Assembly (NCBI GenBank): GCA_037443035.1
Contig: JBBIPC010000007.1
Coordinates: 32,001-96,000, forward strand
Origin: Chthonomonadales bacterium
Lineage (GTDB): Bacteria; Armatimonadota; Chthonomonadetes; Chthonomonadales; CAJBBX01
Length of the DNA: 64,000 nucleotides
Direction of reading: 5' to 3'
Below, in pieces: positions 9,701-17,516 of the stretch. Made by a program: the position numbers and the translations under genes. Numbering within the stretch: the stretch's first letter is position 1; the number at the start of each line of letters is the position of its first letter. The notes below the pieces were generated by a model. It searched no databases and was not told where the DNA came from. It was given only the letters and a program-made list of their open reading frames with translations.

Positions 9701-10882
9701 TCACTTCCAGAGTCGTTGTCCGGCCCTACCTGCCAGGCGTTCATGGGTATCCCTGAGCAGGGTCGGAATATCGAGTTTCAGCGGACAGCGTGGCAGACAC
9801 TCCCCGCAATTCGTGCAGAAGTCCCCCTGGGCACCTGGGAACCAGTGTCCCGCACCACCGGTCCGTTCGCCCGTGGCTGGATCCCGTCGGACGAACATGC
9901 CGTACCGGTACCGCCCGAACTCCACCATGTCGAACGCCACGGCAAGGTTCCGCAGGCGCAGGATCTCCGGTATATGCACATCTTCCGGGCATGGCAAGCA
10001 TGCGTGGCAGAAGCTGCAGTAGGTGGTGCCCAACGCATGCAGGGCATCTTCCAGTCGTCGAGCCACGGCGGAGGCTTGTTCCGGCAGCGGCCCCTCCTGG
10101 TCAGCACCGGTCAGATGCGCATCGAACTCTTGCGGCGTTGCGGCACCAACCGAGAGCGTGTGTACCTCCGGTTGGGCCAGGAGCCACCGCTGGTTGAACT
10201 CGATGGGCGTCAGGGGGTGGCAAAGTTCAGCCAGCTTCCGCGGAGGGTTGAAAAGCTGCCCACCTTTGTCGGTCGGTGAGATGATGAACACGCCCATGTC
10301 CATGGAGGCTGCAAGCTCCACAGCGGGTCTGTTCCGCTGGTTGACGAAATAGTAGTGCAGGTTCACGGCTTCGAACTCGCCCGTTCCGATGGCTCGTAGA
10401 ATCGTCTCCAGCGGCGCATGTGTAGCGAAACCCAGATGCCCGACCAGACCTTCGTCCATCGCCCGGCGGACCGCCGTCAGCGTGCCTTGGTGCTGGAGGG
10501 TGAGATCCAGGAGTTCGTCGGTATTGATGCCGTGAATATCCAGAATATCCACCCTATCCGTGTTGAGTCGGATCAGGGAATCATCGAGGGCAGCACGGAA
10601 CTCATCTGCCGTGGCAGCAGGCGCGATCTTCGTCGTCAGGAGGAACTCCTCGCGACGGATGACGCCTTCCCTAATCGCGCTTCCGATGAGCGCTTCGCTC
10701 GGTCCATATCCCCTCGCCGTCTCGATGTGGTTGATTCCCACATCCAGCGCCCGACGCAGCGTCGCGAACGCGCGCTCCCGATTCTCGTGCTCGGTCTCCT
10801 CCGGCATGGGCGGGATGCGCATGGCGCCGAATGTCAGTACGGTCGTATGGAGATTGGTCTTACCGAAGCGTCGTTTCTGCAT
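9701..10882 (-). CDS. Aldo/keto reductase with a C-terminal 4Fe-4S dicluster domain
   Basis: MQKRRFGKT..LTFGAMRIP, GINHIETARGYG.SE, CSFCHACLPCP and CTNCGECLPRCP. Confidence 0.92.
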   Translation of the reverse strand: MQKRRFGKTNLHTTVLTFGAMRIPPMPEETEHENRERAFATLRRALDVGINHIETARGYGPSEALIGSAIREGVIRREEFLLTTKIAPAATADEFRAALDDSLIRLNTDRVDILDIHGINTDELLDLTLQHQGTLTAVRRAMDEGLVGHLGFATHAPLETILRAIGTGEFEAVNLHYYFVNQRNRPAVELAASMDMGVFIISPTDKGGQLFNPPRKLAELCHPLTPIEFNQRWLLAQPEVHTLSVGAATPQEFDAHLTGADQEGPLPEQASAVARRLEDALHALGTTYCSFCHACLPCPEDVHIPEILRLRNLAVAFDMVEFGRYRYGMFVRRDPATGERTGGAGHWFPGAQGDFCTNCGECLPRCPLKLDIPTLLRDTHERLAGRAGQRLWK

Positions 10883-11021
10883 GGTGCTCCCTCGGCCCAT
10901 TCTAGCAGAGCCAACTTCCCCCGTCAATTCGCAGCCTGGGCGTCCTGCCATCGCCGAGCCGTGTCCGGCGTGGTGGTCCCTGGGCGCTCAGGTATCATAT
11001 CCACGCTAACGATTTCCGCCT

Positions 11022-12437
11022 ATGGTACCGAAACTCCTGCGCACGCTTGGCGATTACTGGTTCCCTATGGCCACTGCTATGGCGGCGGTGGTGGCACTCG
11101 GATGGTGGGTGCATGGTTACCTGTATCCGCCACCGGTTCCGGAGCGTGCACTCGGCATCGAGCAGTTCCGCACAAGGCCCGCGGCGCCGTCCCCGGCGGC
11201 CACCTCGTCGGCGACGAGTTTCAGCCGCCAACCTAGCCGTTTCGAGGCGCTCCCCGGCGTGTGGCCGTGGTTCCGAGGACCGATCCACGATAACGTCGTC
11301 CAGTCGGATGTCTCCATCTCCTTGGACTGGGGAGCCAACGGGCCACCTGTCGTCTGGAAGGTCGCCATGGGCGAAGGTTACGCGGCTCCGGCGGTGTGCA
11401 ATGGGCGAGTTTACGTGATAGATTACGATCAGGTTGGTCAGGCGGACGCTATCCGATGCTTTGCACTCTCCAATGGAGAAGAACTGTGGCGTCGCTCCTA
11501 TCCTGTGGTCGTCAAACGTAATCATGGTATGTCCCGTACCATCCCAGCGGTCTCCGACAAGCACGTCGTGACGCTGGGACCCAAGTGCCACCTGTCATGC
11601 ATGGATCCGCTCACAGGCAAACTGCTTTGGCAGCACGATCTTGTCGCAGAATACGGCGTAACCGTGCCGGAATGGTACGCAGGCCAGTGTCCGCTGCTCG
11701 ATGGGGACAGGGTTATCGTCGGCACGGGCGGCCAGGCGCTCATGATGGCGTTTCGTCTGGCCGACGGGAAGATCGCATGGCAGACTCCGAACCCACGCGG
11801 CTGGGTGATGACCCACTCGTCGGTTCTTCCGATCACCGTTGGCGGCAGGAGACAGTACGTATGGTGCGCCAGCGGAGGGGTTGTTGGGGTGGACGCATCC
11901 ACTGGGAAGGTGCTCTGGGAGAATCTGGACTGGGTTATCAGTACCGCGACGGTTCCTACGCCTGTAGACCTCGGCAGCGGCAGGTTGTTCCTGAGCGGAG
12001 GTTACAACTCCGGAGCCATGTTTCTGAAGATAACGGGCGCGGGTTCGACCTTTGCAGCAACCGTCGAGCAGCGGCTTCCCGCTTCCATCTTCGGTGCTGA
12101 ACAGCAAACACCGATTTTCTACAAGGGTCACATCTACGGCGTGAAAACGGGCGGTAAGATGGTATGCCTGGACCCAGCGGGTCGCCCTCTCTGGGACAGC
12201 GGAACGGATAGGTTCGGCCTGGGTCCCTATCTTGTCTGGAACGGTACCATATTGGCCATGAGCGATAGTGGGACCCTGAGCGCCATCGAAGCTACACCGA
12301 CGGGCTACAAGCGCCTAGCCCAGGCGAAGGTCTTGAACGGACCGGAGGCATGGGGGCCCATGGCGCCGGCCGGTACGCGTCTTCTCGTCCGGGACCTGAC
12401 GGAGATGCGCTGCTTGGAACTTGGGAAGTCTCGGTAG
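11022..12437 (+). CDS. Membrane-anchored PQQ-like (BamB-like) beta-propeller protein
   Basis: N-terminal TM; WPWFRGP; repeated G..LW docking motifs (GEELWR, GKLLWQ, GKIAWQ, GKVLWE). Confidence 0.88.
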   Translation: MVPKLLRTLGDYWFPMATAMAAVVALGWWVHGYLYPPPVPERALGIEQFRTRPAAPSPAATSSATSFSRQPSRFEALPGVWPWFRGPIHDNVVQSDVSISLDWGANGPPVVWKVAMGEGYAAPAVCNGRVYVIDYDQVGQADAIRCFALSNGEELWRRSYPVVVKRNHGMSRTIPAVSDKHVVTLGPKCHLSCMDPLTGKLLWQHDLVAEYGVTVPEWYAGQCPLLDGDRVIVGTGGQALMMAFRLADGKIAWQTPNPRGWVMTHSSVLPITVGGRRQYVWCASGGVVGVDASTGKVLWENLDWVISTATVPTPVDLGSGRLFLSGGYNSGAMFLKITGAGSTFAATVEQRLPASIFGAEQQTPIFYKGHIYGVKTGGKMVCLDPAGRPLWDSGTDRFGLGPYLVWNGTILAMSDSGTLSAIEATPTGYKRLAQAKVLNGPEAWGPMAPAGTRLLVRDLTEMRCLELGKSR

Positions 12438-12476
12438 AGGAGCATAACCCTGGCGCAGGGGAACGTATAGGACAGT

Positions 12477-13466
12477 ATGGGCAGGGAAGATCGAGATACG
12501 CGCACTACGCGACGGGACCTCTTCCGCGGCGGCGCCACGATTGTCGCCCTCTCCACGCTCGTGGCGGGATGCAGCGACAGACGTACGCGTTCGCATAGCG
12601 TGCACCCCGATGAAGATACGCCACCGCCCACGGATCCTGCCCTCGTCAAGTATCGGGAGAAAGCACGCCTGCCAATCACGGTACCGGAACCGAGGGGGAT
12701 CGCCTGGGATGGCGCTAGTTCGGTATGGGTCGTTGGCAACGGCGAAATGCAGCGCTCCCCCATCGAGGGGCCGTCCCCGGTGGCGGAGACGATCCGCTAT
12801 GACGGCCCAGGGGCGTGCGTGGCCTTCGACCATAAGAGGCTGCTTGTGGGCGTCGAAGGCAAGGTGCTCGAGGTACCGACGAGCTCATGGTTACCTCGTG
12901 TCTGGCTCGACGCCGGCCCCGATGCTGTTATCACATGTATCGCTGTAGGCAAAGATGCCATCTACCTCGCCGATGCCGGGCATCGCAGGATCGTGCGATG
13001 CACTCTGGATGGCAAGATACGCGGCTATCTCTGCGAGAAGGATGAGAAGCGAGGGTACGGCGGACTCATCGTCCCGAGCCCACACCTCGATGTCTGCGTG
13101 GACGCCGAAGGCGCAGTTCATGTCGCGAATCCGGGCAGTCATCGCATCGAGATCTACGACCCCGATGGTGCGCCCCGTTGGTCTTGGGGTGAGGAGTCCC
13201 AGGACATGCCTGGATTCTGCGGTTGCTGCAACCCAACGGACTTCGCACTCTTGCCGGACGGGCGCTATGTCACTGCCGAGAAAGGCATACCGCGCATCAA
13301 GATCTACAGCCCTGAAGGGCACTTCGAGTGTGTCGTGGCCGGTCCCGAGCGTCTCTCCCCGGGAGTGGTCGGCGTGGACGTCGCGGTCCTGGCCAACGGA
13401 GTGATCGCGGCTCTGGATAGGGGAATCGGTGCTGTTCGGCTCTTCGCACGGTCCGAGGGAGGATAG
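12477..13466 (+). CDS. Tat lipoprotein, NHL/six-bladed beta-propeller with an FCGCCNP motif
   Basis: TRRDLF...LVAGC signal; NHL-like repeats (IYLADAGHRRI, VHVANPGSHRIEIY, YVTAEKG..RIKIY). Confidence 0.82.
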   Translation: MGREDRDTRTTRRDLFRGGATIVALSTLVAGCSDRRTRSHSVHPDEDTPPPTDPALVKYREKARLPITVPEPRGIAWDGASSVWVVGNGEMQRSPIEGPSPVAETIRYDGPGACVAFDHKRLLVGVEGKVLEVPTSSWLPRVWLDAGPDAVITCIAVGKDAIYLADAGHRRIVRCTLDGKIRGYLCEKDEKRGYGGLIVPSPHLDVCVDAEGAVHVANPGSHRIEIYDPDGAPRWSWGEESQDMPGFCGCCNPTDFALLPDGRYVTAEKGIPRIKIYSPEGHFECVVAGPERLSPGVVGVDVAVLANGVIAALDRGIGAVRLFARSEGG

Positions 13467-13469
13467 CTC

Positions 13470-13682
13470 GTGACAGTAACGCGCAGGGAGTGGCTGAGGG
13501 CGTTGGCCCGACTTGGTGTCGCCGCCGGGGTCATTGGTGGCGCCGCTTGTCTCATGCACCGTCCCGAGGGATCGTGCACTGTGGCGCCGGATTGTGGCGA
13601 GTGCGCGGCGCTGAGAGGATGCCGCCTTCCCCAGGCAGAGATCGCGCGCAGGACACAGGCAATAGCCGGACGGTCCAGGTGA
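13470..13682 (+). CDS. Small Tat-signal Cys-rich protein
   Basis: TRREWL plus a hydrophobic stretch, then C-x5-C-x2-C-x5-C. Fills the gap in the operon. Confidence 0.72.
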   Translation: MTVTRREWLRALARLGVAAGVIGGAACLMHRPEGSCTVAPDCGECAALRGCRLPQAEIARRTQAIAGRSR

Positions 13683-13687
13683 GTGAC

Positions 13688-14251
13688 ATGACACAGCAGA
13701 AGGGACTCACACGTCGGGAGATCCTCGCGGGAGCCGCACGCGCTGGTACGGCCGCTGCCACTGGCGGGGTACTGGTGTCGCTGGCACGAGGCGCGCACTC
13801 GTCACCGACCGTCTGGCAGATCGATCCTGACAAGTGCATCCAATGCAACAAGTGCGCCACCGAGTGCGTGCTCACTCCGTCCGCGGTCAAGTGTGTCCAC
13901 GCCTACGCCATTTGCGGCTACTGCAAGCTATGCTTCGGGCTGCTCCGAGACAAGCGCACGGGCAATACCCTCACCGCTGAGAACAACCGGTGCCCGGTCG
14001 ACGCCATCGAGCGGCGATTCGTCGAGGACCCGTACTACGAGATGTACATCGATGAGCAACTCTGCATCGGTTGTGGCATCTGCGTCAAGGGGTGCAATCG
14101 CTTCGGCAACGGGTCCCTGTTCCTGCAGATACGCCATGACCGATGCGTCAACTGCAACGAGTGCGCCATAGCCCGCGTCTGCCCCTCCAATGCCTTTGTG
14201 CGGGTGCCAGCCTCTAGGCCGTATCTGCTCCGGAGCCAGCGCCGAGCGTGA
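13688..14251 (+). CDS. Tat-exported polyferredoxin (NapG/MauM-like)
   Basis: TRREIL signal; 17 Cys including CIQCNKCATEC, CGYCKLC, CIGCGICVKGC, CVNCNEC..CP. Confidence 0.88.
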   Translation: MTQQKGLTRREILAGAARAGTAAATGGVLVSLARGAHSSPTVWQIDPDKCIQCNKCATECVLTPSAVKCVHAYAICGYCKLCFGLLRDKRTGNTLTAENNRCPVDAIERRFVEDPYYEMYIDEQLCIGCGICVKGCNRFGNGSLFLQIRHDRCVNCNECAIARVCPSNAFVRVPASRPYLLRSQRRA

Positions 14252-15543
14252 GGAAGCAGGCATTCGTATCTATCGCCGCCGGCTGGTTCATCCTCCTGGC
14301 TGCGGCACTCGGGGCACAGGAACAGAAGAAGCAGCCGCCCCCCGAGTTCTCTTCTGGGTATTTCCCGCCTACGCCGACGACCCCTCAACCTCGGCTGGAC
14401 ACGTTCGCCGTCGTGGATGTCGTGGTGCTCTTCGTGGTACTGGTGCTGACGGTCTGGTTCGTATACCGCATGCGGTCCAGAACGATGGTCCGCCTCCTTG
14501 TTGTGTTTTCCGTGCTCTACTTCGGCTTCTACCGCCTGGGGTGCGTCTGCGCTGTGGGGAGCATCCAGAACGTCGCTCTGGCGATCGGGGACCGAAGCTA
14601 CACCCTTCCCGTGACAGTCGGCGCGTTCTTCGCCCTGCCCCTCGTCTTCGCGTTGTTGTATGGCCGCGTATTCTGCGCCGCCGCTTGTCCCCTTGGCGCC
14701 ATCCAGGACCTCGTGCTCCTTCGGCCCCGCCAGATCCATCGGGCGCTGAATGAGACTCTGGGTGTGGTCCCCTACCTCTACCTTGGCGCTGCCGTAGCCT
14801 TCGCCTGGACCGGCGCCGGGTTTGTCATCTGCCGGTACGACCCATTCATACCGTTCTATCGGCTGGGCGGCCACTGGGGCGTCATGGCGCTGGGAGCAGG
14901 TCTGCTCGTTCTCGGAACGGTCGTCGGTCGCCCCTACTGCCGTTACCTGTGCCCCTACAGCGTCCTTCTGCGCTGGACATCGGCGCTGTCCGCTCGGCGT
15001 GTGCGCATCACGCCCGGCGAGTGCCTTCACTGTCACCTCTGCGCCGATGAATGCCCCTTCGGCGCCATTCAACCTCCCACTCGTTTCGAGCCGGTATGGG
15101 ACCGGGGCGCGGCACGGCGGAAGCTGATCATAGCGCTAGTCTTGCTCCCCCTGCTGACCGTAGGGCTTGGTGTCCTAGGATACGCCGCAGCACCGGCCAT
15201 GGCCCGTGTGCATCGTGATATCCGCCTCGCCGAACGACTCTGGCTCGAGGAGACCGGCCGCGTTCGAGGCGTCACCGATGAGACCGAGGCATATCGCCAG
15301 CTTGCGTTGCCCAACACCGCGGCTTATCACCGGGCAGCAAGAGTGCGCCGCAAGTTCGATGTAGCAGGTGCCCTTCTTGGGTGCTGGTTCGGCCTTGTCA
15401 TCGGTGCTAGGCTGATCAGCGTTACGATCCGCCGCAATAGGGAGGACTACGAAGCGGATCGGAGTGGATGCGTTGCCTGCGCTCGCTGCTACATGTCCTG
15501 TCCGGTGGAGCACGAACGGTTGGGGCTGATCACGCTCGAATGA
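14248..15543 (+). CDS. Membrane 4Fe-4S protein (NapH/MauN/NosR-C-like)
   Basis: Multiple TMs; GRVFCAAACPLG and RPYCRYLCPY (CX3CP) motifs; CLHCHLCADECP and CVACARCYMSCP. Confidence 0.9.
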   Translation: MRKQAFVSIAAGWFILLAAALGAQEQKKQPPPEFSSGYFPPTPTTPQPRLDTFAVVDVVVLFVVLVLTVWFVYRMRSRTMVRLLVVFSVLYFGFYRLGCVCAVGSIQNVALAIGDRSYTLPVTVGAFFALPLVFALLYGRVFCAAACPLGAIQDLVLLRPRQIHRALNETLGVVPYLYLGAAVAFAWTGAGFVICRYDPFIPFYRLGGHWGVMALGAGLLVLGTVVGRPYCRYLCPYSVLLRWTSALSARRVRITPGECLHCHLCADECPFGAIQPPTRFEPVWDRGAARRKLIIALVLLPLLTVGLGVLGYAAAPAMARVHRDIRLAERLWLEETGRVRGVTDETEAYRQLALPNTAAYHRAARVRRKFDVAGALLGCWFGLVIGARLISVTIRRNREDYEADRSGCVACARCYMSCPVEHERLGLITLE

Positions 15544-17516
15544 CGACACACAGCGAGACATTCCAGGAGCGTTCGCGTGCTGCGACAGCAGCGGAGTGGA
15601 CGGCGCGCGTGGCGCTTGTGTACAGCGCCGTCGTCCTCGTCCTCATGCTCATCAACGCTGTGGCTGCACGTTCTGCACATCCCATCGAAGTTGCGTCCCT
15701 CGAGGCGCTGCAGCATGATCTGACTGTTCGCCCCGATGACGAGGGGCTCCGGCGACGCGTCAGGCAGGAGGACAAACGCATTCGGCAGGAGTACCTCCGC
15801 CACCGGGATTTCGCAGTGCGAGGGGCATGGCTTCTGCTCGCTGGTATTGCTACGTTCCTTGCCGCCGGCGAATACGCGCGGCGGTTCCAGACTCCAATGC
15901 CCACGCCCCGTCCTGACGCCGCCAGCCGCGCACGTGCGGCGGCCGACGCCACGTTCCGGGCGCTGGTAGCCGTCGGAGGCGTCCTGGCCGGAGCACTCCT
16001 TACCCTGACGGTCCTCTCCAGGCATGACACGGCGGCCGAGTACGTCCGCGCGGCGAGCCGTTCTCCCACGCAAGCCGGTGGGATGATGCCCGGTGGTTTG
16101 CCTCCGACGACCGGCCAGCAGGCAGCCACGGGTCTACCTGTCGCTACCGGTCCCGAACTTGCCAGCCCAGTCAGCGGATCCACAGGTATGCCAACGCCGC
16201 GACCTTCTGGTGGTAGGCTATCCGGTCCCGGTACCGTCATGATGCCTCTGCAGGGGCCGTCCAAGCGCCCGACACCGGCGGGCGGCGTTGCTTCGGAACT
16301 ACTGCGGCGCCCCCTGCCGAAGGTCGAGCCTTCTACGGCGCCTGGTTGGGAACGGAACTGGCCGAGGTTTCGTGGACCGGCGGGCACTGGAATCGCGTTT
16401 GGCGCAAATCCGCCGCTCCAGTGGAACGGTCAGACCGGCGAAGGCATCCTCTGGAAGACGAAGCTCCCTCTGCCAGGCTGGAACTCTCCCATCGTGTGGG
16501 AAGGACGCATCATCTGCAGCGGTGCGGACGAGACCCATCGAGAAGTCTACTGTCTCGACCTCTCCACGGGCGCCATCGTCTGGAAGACGACTGTACCATC
16601 TTCGGGTGGCGCCGCTCCGAAAGTCCAGGCCGACACCGGCTATGCGCCATCCACGCTCGCCACCGACGGAGCACGCATCGTGGCTGTCTTCGTCAATGGA
16701 GATGTGGCATGCCTGGACATGAGCGGCAAGCTGCTCTGGAAGCGCAGTTTCGGTCCGATGGAAAACCCCTACGGACATGCGTCGTCCCCCGTCGTCTTCG
16801 GATCGGGGGTAATCCTCCAGCTCGACCAGGGACACGGCGCCGAGGACGGCAAGTCCGCGCTCCTGGCCCTCGACCTTGTCAGCGGGAAGACGGTCTGGCA
16901 GATCCAGCGACCCGTGGGCGCATCGTGGAGCACGCCCATCCTGATCACGGTGAACGGCAAGGAGCAGCTCGTCACTACCGCGAACCCCTGGGTCATCGCC
17001 TATGATCCCCACGACGGTACCGAGCTGTGGCGCGCCGAGTGTCTCGGCGGAGAAGTGGCCGTATCTCCCGTGACTGCGCAAGGCTATGTCGTTGTGGCGA
17101 ACCAGGGATCGAACTCGGCTGCCATCAGGCCCGACGGCCGGGGCGACGTCAGCAAGTTGGCCGTGGCGTGGACGGCGGGCGACGGTCTGCCTGACATTGT
17201 CAGTCCTCTTGCGTTCCAGGATCTCACCCTGCTGGTCACAACGGAAGGCTTCCTGACCTGCATCGAGACGAAGACTGGCAAGAGAGTCTGGGAAGAAGAC
17301 CTGGGCGTCACCGTGCGCGCGTCGCCTGTCCTGGCCGGCGGCCGAGTCTACCTGCTCGATGCCAGCGGCACGATGCACATTCTCCAACCCGGCCGGACGT
17401 TCAAACTCATAGGACGGTGTCCCTTGGGTGAAGCTGCCAATGCTACGCCTGCGTTCGTGGCCGATCGGATCGTAATCCGCACCCGGCAACACATCGTCTG
17501 CGTGGGCTCCCGATGA
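15540..17516 (+). CDS. Membrane protein (3 TM plus Pro/Gly linker) with a C-terminal PQQ-like beta-propeller
   Basis: NWPRFRGP, WNSPIVW, repeated GK.LW motifs. ATGA overlap with the upstream gene. Confidence 0.88.
   Translation: MTTHSETFQERSRAATAAEWTARVALVYSAVVLVLMLINAVAARSAHPIEVASLEALQHDLTVRPDDEGLRRRVRQEDKRIRQEYLRHRDFAVRGAWLLLAGIATFLAAGEYARRFQTPMPTPRPDAASRARAAADATFRALVAVGGVLAGALLTLTVLSRHDTAAEYVRAASRSPTQAGGMMPGGLPPTTGQQAATGLPVATGPELASPVSGSTGMPTPRPSGGRLSGPGTVMMPLQGPSKRPTPAGGVASELLRRPLPKVEPSTAPGWERNWPRFRGPAGTGIAFGANPPLQWNGQTGEGILWKTKLPLPGWNSPIVWEGRIICSGADETHREVYCLDLSTGAIVWKTTVPSSGGAAPKVQADTGYAPSTLATDGARIVAVFVNGDVACLDMSGKLLWKRSFGPMENPYGHASSPVVFGSGVILQLDQGHGAEDGKSALLALDLVSGKTVWQIQRPVGASWSTPILITVNGKEQLVTTANPWVIAYDPHDGTELWRAECLGGEVAVSPVTAQGYVVVANQGSNSAAIRPDGRGDVSKLAVAWTAGDGLPDIVSPLAFQDLTLLVTTEGFLTCIETKTGKRVWEEDLGVTVRASPVLAGGRVYLLDASGTMHILQPGRTFKLIGRCPLGEAANATPAFVADRIVIRTRQHIVCVGSR

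Noticed and set aside
11022..17516. Calling the propellers PQQ dehydrogenases or BamB
   Set aside because: Only the generic Trp-docking repeats are visible; no quinoprotein active-site motifs, pqq genes or bam context in the window.
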